DNA of 32,000 nt. Source: Kineococcus radiotolerans SRS30216 = ATCC BAA-149. Its GTDB lineage: Bacteria > Actinomycetota > Actinomycetes > Actinomycetales > Kineococcaceae. The position numbers and the translations under genes were made by a program. The DNA is taken from the NCBI RefSeq assembly GCF_000017305.1, contig NC_009664.2:4290001-4322000 (forward strand), given 5' to 3'. Below are positions 1 to 8,310 of the stretch, one piece after another. The notes under the pieces were generated by a model. It did no database searches and was not told where the DNA came from. It saw only the letters and a program-made list of their open reading frames with translations. The first letter of the stretch is position 1, and every line of letters begins with the position of its first letter.

Positions 1-564
1 GGTCGCCGCGGCGGTCGCCCAGTCGGGGTAGAAGCGCCGGGCGTCGGCGTCGAGGAAGGTGTAGCGCGCGAAGTTGGGGTGGGTCCCCCCGCCGGCGGCG
101 TCGAGGGAGGCGTACAGGCTGGAGTGCATCGCCCAGCCCAGGGTGTTGGTCGCCAGCAGGTCCATCCGCCCGTTGCGCACGATCGCCGGGCCGGCGGTGA
201 ACGCGTCCAGCGCCCACTGCAGACCCGGGCGGGCACTCCACCTCGACGTCGAGCGCCGCCGCGGACGGGCCAGGGCACTGGTCCCGTCGGCGGCGCTGGC
301 CAGGTCGAAGAGGTGGGTGCGCTCGGCGTCGTCGAGGCGAAAGGCTCGGGCCAGGGACTCCAGCACCGAGGCGGAGACCCCGGCCAGCGCCCCGCGCTCG
401 AGCTTGGCGTAGTACTCCACGCTGATGCCGGCCAGGGCGGCGGCCTCCGCGCGGCGCAGCCCGGGGACCCGGCGCGGTCCCACGTCGGGCAGTCCCGCCT
501 CGGCGGGGGTGAGCTTGGCGCGGCGGGTGGTGAGGAAGTCCCGGACCTCGGCGCGGTTGTCCAT
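1..564 (-). CDS. MmyB-like / XRE-type helix-turn-helix transcriptional regulator (N-terminal 188 codons; C-terminus lies beyond window start)
   Basis: Absent from the ORF track because it has no stop inside the window. My reverse-complement translation from ATG (complement of cat 562-564) gives MDNRAEVRDFLTTRRAKLTPAEAGLPDVGPRRVPGLRRAEAAALAGISVEYYAKLERGALAGVSASVLESLARAFRLDDAERTHLFDL... The frame stays open to base 1. The RRxxLxPxxxGLP...RRVPGLRRxExAxLAGxSxxYYxxLERG pattern is typical of MmyB-family regulators. Confidence 0.8.
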   Translation of the reverse strand, partial: MDNRAEVRDFLTTRRAKLTPAEAGLPDVGPRRVPGLRRAEAAALAGISVEYYAKLERGALAGVSASVLESLARAFRLDDAERTHLFDLASAADGTSALARPRRRSTSRWSARPGLQWALDAFTAGPAIVRNGRMDLLATNTLGWAMHSSLYASLDAAGGGTHPNFARYTFLDADARRFYPDWATAAAT

Positions 565-613
565 GACGGCCACGCTAAACGCCCCGTGCAGGCATGAGGA
601 GTCACTGCCGTGA

Positions 614-632
614 GGTGTACCGGCGGTACACC
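614..632. promoter_or_regulatory. Perfect inverted repeat GGTGTACC-ggc-GGTACACC; candidate operator in the divergent MmyB-like/ADH intergenic region
   Basis: Read directly: 8-bp arms with a 3-nt spacer, lying in the 251-bp gap between the divergent starts at 564 (-) and 816 (+). A second 10-bp palindrome, CTACCGGTAG, sits at 779-788. Confidence 0.35.
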
Positions 633-815
633 CCTCGACAGGGCACCGCTGGCAGGCAGCCGACGCCTTTGCGGGGGCGTTGAATACCGGTGACGCACCA
701 CCTCGGTGCGCCGGACCGGCCAGCTCGTCCTGCCTGGCGGGGGCCGTCCCGCGTGGTCCACCTACCGGCAGTCACCCGCTACCGGTAGCCACCTGTCTGT
801 GTGAGGAGCAACCCT

Positions 816-1841
816 GTGCGCGCTGTCGTGATGCACGCCCCCCGTGACGTCCGTGTCGAGGATCGTCCCGAGCCGAGGATCCAGAAGCCCACCGACGCGA
901 TCATCCGCCTGGCCGCGACCTGCATCTGCGGATCCGACCTGTGGCCCTACCGCGGCGCCGACGAGGTGAGCGAACCGCTGCCCATGGGCCACGAGTACGC
1001 CGGGGTGGTCGAGGAGATCGGTGCCGACGTCCACGACATCGAGGTCGGTGACTTCGTCGTCGGTTCCTTCTTCGCCTCCGACAACACCTGCGAGATCTGC
1101 CGCGCGGGCTACCAGACCAGCTGCCTGCACCGCGAGGTGCTGGGCACCGGCGGCGGCGCCCAGGCCGAGCGGATGCGCGTGCCCCTGGCCGACGGCACCC
1201 TCGTCGCCACCCCCGCGATGCCCGACGCCGACCTGATCCCCAGCCTGCTGGCCGCCTCCGACGTCCTGGGTACCGGCTGGTTCGGAGCCGTGGCCGCCGA
1301 AGCCGGCCCCGGCAAGACCGTCGCCGTCGTCGGTGACGGAGCCGTGGGCCTGTCCGCGGTGCTGGCCGCGAAGCAGCTCGGAGCCGAAAAGATCGTCCTG
1401 TTCAGCCGTCACGCCGACCGTCAGGCGCTGGGCCGGGAGTTCGGCGCCACCGACGTCATCGAGGAGCGCGGTGACGAGGGGATCGCCAAGCTCAAGGAGC
1501 TCACCGGCGGCCTCGGTGCGCACTCCGTCGTCGAGGCCGTCGGCACCCACGAGTCCATGCACCAGGCCATCGGGTCCACCCGCCCCGGCGGGCACGTCGG
1601 TTTCGTCGGGGTCCTACACGACGTGGCCATCACGGGTGAGGACATCTTCATGACCCACGTGCACCTGCACGGTGGCCCGGCGCCGGTGCGCCGCTTCCTG
1701 CCCGAGCTGATCGACCTCATCTGGACCCGCCGCATCGACCCGGGCAAGGTCTTCGACCTCGAACTGCCCTTGGACGAGGCCGCCGAGGGGTACCGGGCGA
1801 TGGACGAGCGCCGCGCCACCAAGGTCCTGCTGCGTCCGTGA
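816..1841 (+). CDS. Zinc-dependent alcohol dehydrogenase (MDR superfamily)
   Basis: ORF-track frame 801..1841. GAGGAG at 803-808 lies 7 nt upstream of in-frame GTG 816, giving VRAVVMHAP... Motifs: CICGSDLWPYRG, GHEYAGVVEEIG, CEICRAGYQTSC, and the Rossmann segment VAVVGDGAVGLSAV. Confidence 0.9.
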   Translation: MRAVVMHAPRDVRVEDRPEPRIQKPTDAIIRLAATCICGSDLWPYRGADEVSEPLPMGHEYAGVVEEIGADVHDIEVGDFVVGSFFASDNTCEICRAGYQTSCLHREVLGTGGGAQAERMRVPLADGTLVATPAMPDADLIPSLLAASDVLGTGWFGAVAAEAGPGKTVAVVGDGAVGLSAVLAAKQLGAEKIVLFSRHADRQALGREFGATDVIEERGDEGIAKLKELTGGLGAHSVVEAVGTHESMHQAIGSTRPGGHVGFVGVLHDVAITGEDIFMTHVHLHGGPAPVRRFLPELIDLIWTRRIDPGKVFDLELPLDEAAEGYRAMDERRATKVLLRP

Positions 1842-1875
1842 CCCCCGCACCGAGCACCCGACGGAGAGGAACACC

Positions 1876-2307
1876 GTGCAGCTCACGAGCCTGAACCCGA
1901 CGCAGCAGCTGACCGCCACGTTCACGGGGGACGTCTACATGACCCCCCTCGGTGCGGGCGGGCCCCCTTCCCGCCTCAGCGTGGCCCTGGTCCGCTTCAC
2001 CCCGGGCGCCCGCACCCACTGGCACGTCCACCCCCTCGGCCAGGTCCTGCACGTCACCGAAGGCGTCGCCCTGGTCAGCACCCGTGACGGGAACGTGCTG
2101 CGCGCTCGGGCGGGCGACACGATCGTGTGCCCGCCCGGTGAGGAGCACTGGCACGGGGCGAGCGCGGACGCCTTCGCCGCGCACCTGGCGATCCAGGAGT
2201 CCGCCGACGACGGGGCCGGCGGTTCGAGCCCGGTGACCTGGCTGGAACCGGTTCCCGACGCCGTCTACCACGCGGCCCAGTCGACGGGATTCCAGGCGCA
2301 GCAGTAG
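1876..2307 (+). CDS. Cupin domain protein
   Basis: 143-aa ORF. GGAGAGGAA ends 4 nt before GTG 1876. Cupin metal motifs are HWHVHPLGQVLHVTEG and PPGEEHWHG. It starts 34 nt after the ADH stop, so the two genes are probably an operon. Confidence 0.85.
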   Translation: MQLTSLNPTQQLTATFTGDVYMTPLGAGGPPSRLSVALVRFTPGARTHWHVHPLGQVLHVTEGVALVSTRDGNVLRARAGDTIVCPPGEEHWHGASADAFAAHLAIQESADDGAGGSSPVTWLEPVPDAVYHAAQSTGFQAQQ

Positions 2308-2343
2308 CCGCTGCCGCAGGAAACGCACCTGGGACCACGTCGC

Positions 2344-2372
2344 CACCCCGCGCCGCGCGGTGGCGCGGGGTG
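2344..2372 (+). terminator. GC-rich hairpin downstream of the cupin gene (intrinsic-terminator-like, no U tract)
   Basis: CACCCCGCGCC (2344-2354) pairs perfectly with GGCGCGGGGTG (2362-2372) across a 7-nt loop. It begins 37 nt after stop 2307. Confidence 0.4.
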
Positions 2373-2784
2373 ACGTGCGAAGGCCACCGCGCGGTGCTTC
2401 GCAGGTGACTCGTCGAGCGCTCGCCGGCCTCGTCGACGGGTGTTCGGCGGGGGAGAACCCGCCCGGGGTACCTCTCCCGCCTCACCGGCGCGACCGACGA
2501 CACCGGAGGCGCCACCGCTGCGGCTCCCGCCCGCGCGGGAGCGGAGCTGGCGCTCGTCGACATCGACGACGCGGGACCCCGCCAGTGGGACGCCCCCGAC
2601 GGAACCGGTGGGAACCGGGGGCCGGGTCCTCCGACGCGGGGAGCAGGGGATCACCGGGGTGCCCTGCTGAGGGGTGTACGGGCAGGGACTCCCACGCGAC
2701 CTCGCTCGTGGTGTCCAGTGCTCGCAGGCCCGTCTCGGCGGGGCCGAGACGTTCGAGATCGATCGGCGACGAAGGGTGGACGAC

Positions 2785-4020
2785 ATGGCGCACAGGTGGC
2801 TCGGCGACGAACCGGTCGGGCGGCGGGGGGTGCTGCGCGGGGCGGCGGGAACCGCCCTGGCCGCCGGTGCGGTCGTCACCTCCGCCGCGACCGGGGCTGC
2901 TGCGACCCCGTCCGCCGCCGGCGGGGGTTCCCCGGCGGCCGGTGGCGCGCTGGACGTGGTGGGCATGGCCAGCTTCGACGCCACCGACGACCTGCGCCGC
3001 TATCCCTTCCGACGCCGCGCGGTTGGAGCCCGCGACGTCCAGGTCGACGTGCAGTTCTCCGGGGTGTGCCACTCCGACGTCCACACCGGCCGCGGGGACT
3101 GGGGACCGGTGCGCTACCCGCTGGTCACCGGCCACGAGATCGCCGGGGTCGTCAGCGCCGTCGGGGCCTCGGTGACGGGTTTCCGCGTCGGTGACCGCGT
3201 CGGGGTGGGGACGTTCGTGGACTCCTGCCGGAGCTGCGAGCAGTGCCGGTCCGGTTTCGAGCAGTACTGCCTGAACACCAACGTGCAGACCTACGCCAAC
3301 GCGTTGCCGGACTACGCCGACCCGGCCGACTACCCCGGCGGGTACCCGCAGGGCGGGTACTCCACCGCCATCGTCGTCGACGAGGACTACGTCGTGGCGA
3401 TCCCCGACGAGATCGCCCTGGAAGAGGCCGGTCCGCTGCTGTGCGCGGCGCTGACCGTCTACACCCCGCTGCGCTACTGGGGCGTGCGGCGCGGCTCGCG
3501 GGTCGGGGTCGCGGGCATCGGGGGCCTGGGGCACCTCGCGGTGCAGCTGGCCCGCGCCCTGGGCGCGGAGGTCGTCGCCTTCACCACCAGCCCGGACAAG
3601 GTTCCCGACGCCCTGCGCTTCGGCGCGTCGCAGGTCGTGGTGGGTGAGGACCCCGCTCTGATGGCCGCCAACGCCCGCAGCCTGGACTTCGTCATCGACA
3701 CCGTTCCCTACGCCCACGCCCTGGACCCCTACGTCCAGCTGCTGCGGCGGGGTGCGACCCTGTGCCGGGTCGGGGTCGGTCTGGGTACCCAGCCCAACGA
3801 GTTCGCCAACATGTCGCTGGTGCTGCAGCAGAACGCGATCGCCGGGGCCAACACCGGGAGCATCCGCGAACTGCGGGAGCTGTTGGCCTTCGCCGTCGAG
3901 CACGGCGTCCGCCCGCAGGTCGAGGTGGTGCCCGCGCAGCAGGTGGGGTCGCTGTGGCCGCGGGTCGTGGACAGGCACGCCCGCTACCGCTACGTGCTCG
4001 ACATGCGAACCCTGCGCTGA
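2785..4020 (+). CDS. NAD(P)-dependent Zn alcohol dehydrogenase (cinnamyl-alcohol/YahK-like MDR) with an N-terminal twin-arginine (Tat) signal
   Basis: ORF-track frame 2674..4020. ATG 2785 is preceded by GAAGGGTGGA. The N-terminus MAHRWLGDEPVGRRGVLRGAAGTALAAGAVVTSAATGAAATPSAAGG has an RR motif, a hydrophobic region and Ala-rich cleavage sites. The catalytic domain starts near M61 (ATG 2965). Motifs: GVCHSDVH, GHEIAGVV, CRSCEQCRSGFEQYC, GIGGLGHLAV. Confidence 0.85.
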   Translation: MAHRWLGDEPVGRRGVLRGAAGTALAAGAVVTSAATGAAATPSAAGGGSPAAGGALDVVGMASFDATDDLRRYPFRRRAVGARDVQVDVQFSGVCHSDVHTGRGDWGPVRYPLVTGHEIAGVVSAVGASVTGFRVGDRVGVGTFVDSCRSCEQCRSGFEQYCLNTNVQTYANALPDYADPADYPGGYPQGGYSTAIVVDEDYVVAIPDEIALEEAGPLLCAALTVYTPLRYWGVRRGSRVGVAGIGGLGHLAVQLARALGAEVVAFTTSPDKVPDALRFGASQVVVGEDPALMAANARSLDFVIDTVPYAHALDPYVQLLRRGATLCRVGVGLGTQPNEFANMSLVLQQNAIAGANTGSIRELRELLAFAVEHGVRPQVEVVPAQQVGSLWPRVVDRHARYRYVLDMRTLR

Positions 4021-4030
4021 GGTACCCACG

Positions 4031-4624
4031 ATGAGAATCCGCCGATGGAGGATCGCCGTGGCGACGCTGCTCACCACCGCGGCCTCGGTCTCCTGCGCCG
4101 CGCAGGAGCGCGCTGACCCCCCGGGTGCGACGACGTCCCCGCCGCGGTCCTCGCCGCGGTCCCCGTCTGCGGCCTCGTCGGGGACCGGGGGAGCCCCCGC
4201 GTCGACGGGGACCCCCGCAGAGGCCGACCCCGCCGGCCCCCGCGTGGTCGGGACGGTGGTCCGGTTCACCTCCTCGCGCACGAGCGTCGACGTGACGATC
4301 GGCGAAGACAGCCCCGCCACCCGGGACTTCCTCTCGATGCTGCCGACGACGCTCGCGGTGGAGGACCTCTCCCGGCGGGAGAAGATCAGCTACCTCCCCC
4401 GGGAGCTGGAGCACGCCGGGACCCCGGGCTCGGACCCCGAGGACGGCGACCTCATCTACTTCACGCCCTGGGGGAACCTGGGCTTCTACTACGACGCCAC
4501 CGGCATCGACTATGCCGACGACACCCTGCACCTGGGCACCTACGACGCCTCTCGCGAGCAGCTGGAGTTGCTGGAGGACGACGCCGTGGAGGTCACCGTC
4601 GCAGAGGTCACCGTGATGCCGTGA
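4031..4624 (+). CDS. Secreted (possibly lipo-) protein with cyclophilin-like fold domain (Cyclophil_like2-type)
   Basis: In-frame ATG 4031 within ORF 3752..4624, 10 nt after the ADH stop. The signal-like N-terminus is MRIRRWRIAVATLLTTAASVSCAAQ, followed by a Pro/Ser linker. The core, ...VDVTIGEDSPATRDFLSMLPTTLAVEDLSRREKISYLPRELEHAGTPGSDPEDGDLIYFTPWGNLGFYY..., matches my memory of the cyclophilin-like-fold family. Confidence 0.75.
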   Translation: MRIRRWRIAVATLLTTAASVSCAAQERADPPGATTSPPRSSPRSPSAASSGTGGAPASTGTPAEADPAGPRVVGTVVRFTSSRTSVDVTIGEDSPATRDFLSMLPTTLAVEDLSRREKISYLPRELEHAGTPGSDPEDGDLIYFTPWGNLGFYYDATGIDYADDTLHLGTYDASREQLELLEDDAVEVTVAEVTVMP

Positions 4625-4652
4625 CCCGCTCCGGCACCCTGCGGTGGCGGTG

Positions 4653-5654
4653 TCACTGCTGGGGGAGGACGACGGCCTTGAGGGAGCGGTCCTCCCGCCG
4701 CCCCACGGTGAGAGCGTCCTCAGCCTGGGCCAGGGGGAAGCGGTGGGTGATGATCGCCTCCGTGCTGACCCGGCCCGAAGCGATCAGCGACAGCGCGGTG
4801 GGATACGTCCCGGCGTAACGGAAGATCCCGGTGATGGTGATCTCCCGTCCCTGCACCAGGGGCACATCGATCGGGAGCTCATCCGCCCCCATGCCCACGA
4901 GCACCGCGCGCGCAGCGGGAGCCAGGGCACCCAGGCCGCTGCGCCAGGCGGCGGGCGCGCCCGAGCACTCCAGCAGCACGTCGAAAGACCCCGTCAGCTC
5001 CTGCGTGGCCGCCTGAGCCCGCAAGCCCAGCTCGCGGGCGACCTTCAGGCGGAAGTCGCTGACGTCGGTGACGGTGACGCTGTCGGCGCCGAACGCCAGC
5101 GCCACCTGCGCCGCCAACAGGCCGATCGGCCCCGCGCCGGTGACCAGGACCCGGTCCCCGGGGGCGATGCGGGCACGGCGCGCTGCCCACACCCCCACCG
5201 AGACGGGCTCGGCCATCGCGGCCTGTTCCGGGCTCAACTGCTCCGGTGCCGGGTGGGCGAAAGCGGCGTCGATCGTCACCAGCTGGGCGATCGCGCCGTC
5301 CACGGGTGGGGTGGCGAAGAAGACCACGTTCGGGCAGAGGTTGTAGCGCCCCGCCAGGCACTGCTCGCAGGTGCGGTCGGGCACGCCCGGCTCCAGCGCG
5401 ACCCGCTGACCCACGCGGGAGGCATCGACGCCGTCGCCGACGGCCACGATGGTGCCGGCGGCTTCGTGACCGATGACCATGGGCGCTCGCACCACGTAGG
5501 AGCCGATGCGCCCGTGCTCGTAGTAGTGCACGTCGGAGCCGCAGATGCCCACCGCTTCCACGCGCACCAGCACGTCGTGTCTCCCCGGGCGGGGGGTGTC
5601 GCGATCTTCGATGACGAGCTGGTGCGGGGCCTGCAGGACGGCGCTGAGGTTCAC
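4653..5654 (-). CDS. NAD(P)-dependent polyol dehydrogenase (sorbitol/xylitol/L-idonate dehydrogenase-like MDR)
   Basis: 333-aa ORF with a GTG start preceded by GGAG. Motifs: VEAVGICGSDVHYYEHGRIG, GHEAAGTIVAVG, CEQCLAGRYNLC, VLVTGAGPIGLLA. Confidence 0.9.
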   Translation of the reverse strand: MNLSAVLQAPHQLVIEDRDTPRPGRHDVLVRVEAVGICGSDVHYYEHGRIGSYVVRAPMVIGHEAAGTIVAVGDGVDASRVGQRVALEPGVPDRTCEQCLAGRYNLCPNVVFFATPPVDGAIAQLVTIDAAFAHPAPEQLSPEQAAMAEPVSVGVWAARRARIAPGDRVLVTGAGPIGLLAAQVALAFGADSVTVTDVSDFRLKVARELGLRAQAATQELTGSFDVLLECSGAPAAWRSGLGALAPAARAVLVGMGADELPIDVPLVQGREITITGIFRYAGTYPTALSLIASGRVSTEAIITHRFPLAQAEDALTVGRREDRSLKAVVLPQQ

Positions 5655-5764
5655 GATCGGCTCCAGTGGGTGGTGACGGACAGGGAGAACAGGCTGCTTC
5701 GGTGCGTGGGGGACGAGCTCGTGTTGTGCAGTCAGCAGGAGTGCGGCATCGGCGGGAGTCCGTG

Positions 5765-6532
5765 TCAGCAGGTGCTGTAGCCGCCGTCGGCGACCAGGAC
5801 GGTGCCGGTGATGAAGGAGGACGCGTCACTGGCGAGGAAGACGACGGCCGGGGCGATCTCCTCCACGGTGCTGATGCGCTCCATGGGGGTGTCTTCGACG
5901 ATGTGGCGGCGGGTGCGGGGATCGGCGCTGGGGGAGTCGTCGGTGGCGATGTAGCCCGGGGCCAAGGCGTTGACCCGGACCCCGTACGCAGCCCATTCCC
6001 CGGCCAGACTGCGGGTGAGGTGGTGCACGGCAGCGTTGGAGGCGGCCGCTGCGGCGTCGAAGTGTGGACGACCGGCTACTACTCCGGCCAGGGCGCCGAC
6101 GTTGACGATGACGCCGCCGCCCTGAGCGAGGAAGTGGCGTCCAAGGGTCCGGCAGCAGTTCCACGACGCGTGGAGGTTCACGTCCATCACCCGGTGCCAC
6201 GCTTGCTGGGGCAGGTCGACCGCGGCGCCGGGTGCGGCGGCGCCGGCGCCGTTGACGAGGATGTCCACTCGCCCGAAGCCTGCTAGAGCTGCTGCCAGGA
6301 CGTCTTCCACCTGCAGCGGGTCGGTGGTGTCGGCGTGTACGAAGAGCATCTGACCGCCCTCCGCGTGCACCTTGGCTGCCTCGTACGCACCGTCTTCGGC
6401 GTCAGGACCCACGAGGACGATGTGCGCGCCGGCTAGAGCCAGTCCCAGCGCCAGGCCAGCGCCGAGGCCGCCGGGGCTGGTGGTGACCACCGCCACCCGA
6501 CCGTTGAGGTCGAACCGGTCCCACAACCGCAT
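5765..6532 (-). CDS. SDR-fold protein (KduD/FabG-like scaffold) with non-canonical active-site residues
   Basis: 255-aa ORF with SDR architecture: VAVVTTSPGGLG, ILVNGAG, RVNALAPGYIATD, LASDASSFITGTVLVADGG. Where S...YxxxK is expected it reads VGALAG...AAASNAAV (see findings). Confidence 0.85.
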   Translation of the reverse strand: MRLWDRFDLNGRVAVVTTSPGGLGAGLALGLALAGAHIVLVGPDAEDGAYEAAKVHAEGGQMLFVHADTTDPLQVEDVLAAALAGFGRVDILVNGAGAAAPGAAVDLPQQAWHRVMDVNLHASWNCCRTLGRHFLAQGGGVIVNVGALAGVVAGRPHFDAAAAASNAAVHHLTRSLAGEWAAYGVRVNALAPGYIATDDSPSADPRTRRHIVEDTPMERISTVEEIAPAVVFLASDASSFITGTVLVADGGYSTC

Positions 6533-6773
6533 TGCTCAGCTCCTTCGCCATGTCCAGGCCACCGCGCCCGAGCTCTTCAACCCCCGCCCGCTGCCCTACT
6601 CCTGTCGTGCGCCTAGCTCACCGCGTCGTGCGGCGGTGCCTCACCGCTGACCGGTGTCCACGCTAGGTCGGGTGCCGATGCGCTGCTAGCGCCGCAGCAG
6701 CTCGATTCTGATACTTTCTTGCACCTCGTCGCGGTGGCGGCCCGATACCGGCGGCACCTGTGCGCAGGAAAGG

Positions 6774-7733
6774 ATGATCATGGACTCGGTAGCCGTGCCT
6801 GCGGAGTCCCGGGCGCGCGCTGCGCCTGGTGCACGGAGCGTGCCGGCACGGGCGGTGCGGGAGGTGGTGCCCGCTGAGCCGGGCCGCTCAGCGCGCTGGC
6901 ACGTACATGACTACCCCAGCCCCTTCGCGCGCTGGAACCACCACCCCGAGTACGAGGTGCACCTGATCCGCGACGGCACCGGGCGCTACATCGTCGGCGA
7001 CGACATCGGCCTCTTCAGTGCCGGGCACCTCGCGCTGGTGGGACCACATGTGCCGCACGACTGGATCAGCGACCTCGAGCCGGGGCAGCGGATCCCTGGA
7101 CGTGACGTGGTCTTCCAGTTCCACGGTGACTGGCTGCGCGGCTGTGAGCAGCTCCTGCCCGAGCTGCTTGCGCTGACCCCGCTGTGGACGGCAGCAGCCG
7201 GCGGCATCGAATTCCTCGGCCGCTCGGCCCGGATCGGCGCAGAGCAACTGGAACTCATCGGATCCACCAGCGGAGCGCGGCGTCTGCAGCACATCTTCGC
7301 CCTCTTCGACGTGATGGCCAGCGCCCCCGAGCAAGAACGCCGTACCCTCGGCGGGGCCTGGCGGGGGCCAGTGAGCGATCCCGCTGCCGCAGACGTCGTC
7401 AGCGCGGCACTGACCTATGTGGTGGACAACCTCACCGGCGTGGTGCGCCTCTCAACGGCGGCCGCGAGGGCGGGCATGAGTGAGTCAGCCTTCTCCCGCT
7501 GCTTCAAACGCGCCACGGGCATGACCTTCACCGACGTAGTGCGCAAGCTGCGTATGGCTCATGCGGCCAAGCTGCTGATGCAGACGGCAGAACCGGTAGC
7601 GGCGGTGGCGACGGCGGTCGGGTACGTCAACCTGTCCAACTTCAACCGGCAGTTCCGTGCCCAGCACGGCATGACGCCAACCTGCTACCGCGCTACCACG
7701 CGCCGTGATCTCACGTTCGTCAGCAGCGGTTGA
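6774..7733 (+). CDS. AraC-family transcriptional regulator (N-terminal cupin-like sensor plus C-terminal HTH)
   Basis: 319-aa ORF. The C-terminus LSTAAARAGMSESAFSRCFKRATGMTFTDVVRKLRMAHAAKLL...VGYVNLSNFNRQFRAQHGMTPTCYR is a classic AraC dual HTH. It is divergent from the SDR/polyol-DH pair. The alternative start ATG 6780 has better spacing from AGGAAAGG. Confidence 0.9.
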   Translation: MIMDSVAVPAESRARAAPGARSVPARAVREVVPAEPGRSARWHVHDYPSPFARWNHHPEYEVHLIRDGTGRYIVGDDIGLFSAGHLALVGPHVPHDWISDLEPGQRIPGRDVVFQFHGDWLRGCEQLLPELLALTPLWTAAAGGIEFLGRSARIGAEQLELIGSTSGARRLQHIFALFDVMASAPEQERRTLGGAWRGPVSDPAAADVVSAALTYVVDNLTGVVRLSTAAARAGMSESAFSRCFKRATGMTFTDVVRKLRMAHAAKLLMQTAEPVAAVATAVGYVNLSNFNRQFRAQHGMTPTCYRATTRRDLTFVSSG

Positions 7734-7872
7734 GCGGGTTCCGGTCGGCACGGGTGTCAAAACCCCATCTATTGGACCCGAGCTACGACAGCGGATCCCG
7801 TGGCAGCGGTTCCGTAGCGACGGATGAGAGCCGTGCAGTGCTCGGCGGTCTCAGCGATAGGTGTTCTTGTCT

Positions 7873-7912
7873 GGGGTGTGGGCGTGGGTGTGGGCGTGGG
7901 CGTGGGCGTGGG
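7873..7912 (+). repeat. (GGG-YGT)n hexanucleotide tandem repeat; G-quadruplex-type motif on the + strand
   Basis: Read directly: GGGGtgtGGGcgtGGGtgtGGGcgtGGGcgtGGGcgtGGG, seven G3+ tracts separated by 3-nt loops. Confidence 0.9.
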
Positions 7913-8310
7913 CGCTGGCTGATGGGTGGTGAGGACGGCGCGGTCTGACAGGCGGGTGCCTTGTCCGGCGATGAGGATCTCGTAGGTGGCGACGGCGAGC
8001 TGGGTAGCGACGTGGGCAGCAGGATCAGTCGGTCAGCCAGGAGCAGCGGTAGAACCCTTCGCCTCGAGAACCCATTGCCGGGTCCGACCATGTCGAGGGA
8101 AGGGCCACGCTCACCTCGCCCCGCACTGATCGCCCGGCTCCAGAGTCGTCGTGGCCTTCCCCTTGCCTTCCCACCGGACCTGGTCATCACCGCAAATTCT
8201 GTTCTGGCCGAGTCGGTCGTAGGGTCAAGCCCGCTCCGGAAGAGGTCTTCGGGCGGTGTCCTGCGGTGGTGGGGAGCCACGGTCGGGGGACGCAGAGCAC
8301 GTGCTGACCG

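Noticed and set aside
2219-2240. ggttcgagccc T-loop-like string
   Set aside because: It lies inside the cupin coding sequence, and the flanking bases are not complementary, so there is no cloverleaf.
2482-4320. 612-aa minus-strand ORF, the longest in this part of the track
   Set aside because: It is antisense to the well-supported ADH (2785..4020). The product is Arg/Gly/Pro/Val-rich with no recognisable motif. This is a typical shadow ORF of a high-GC gene.
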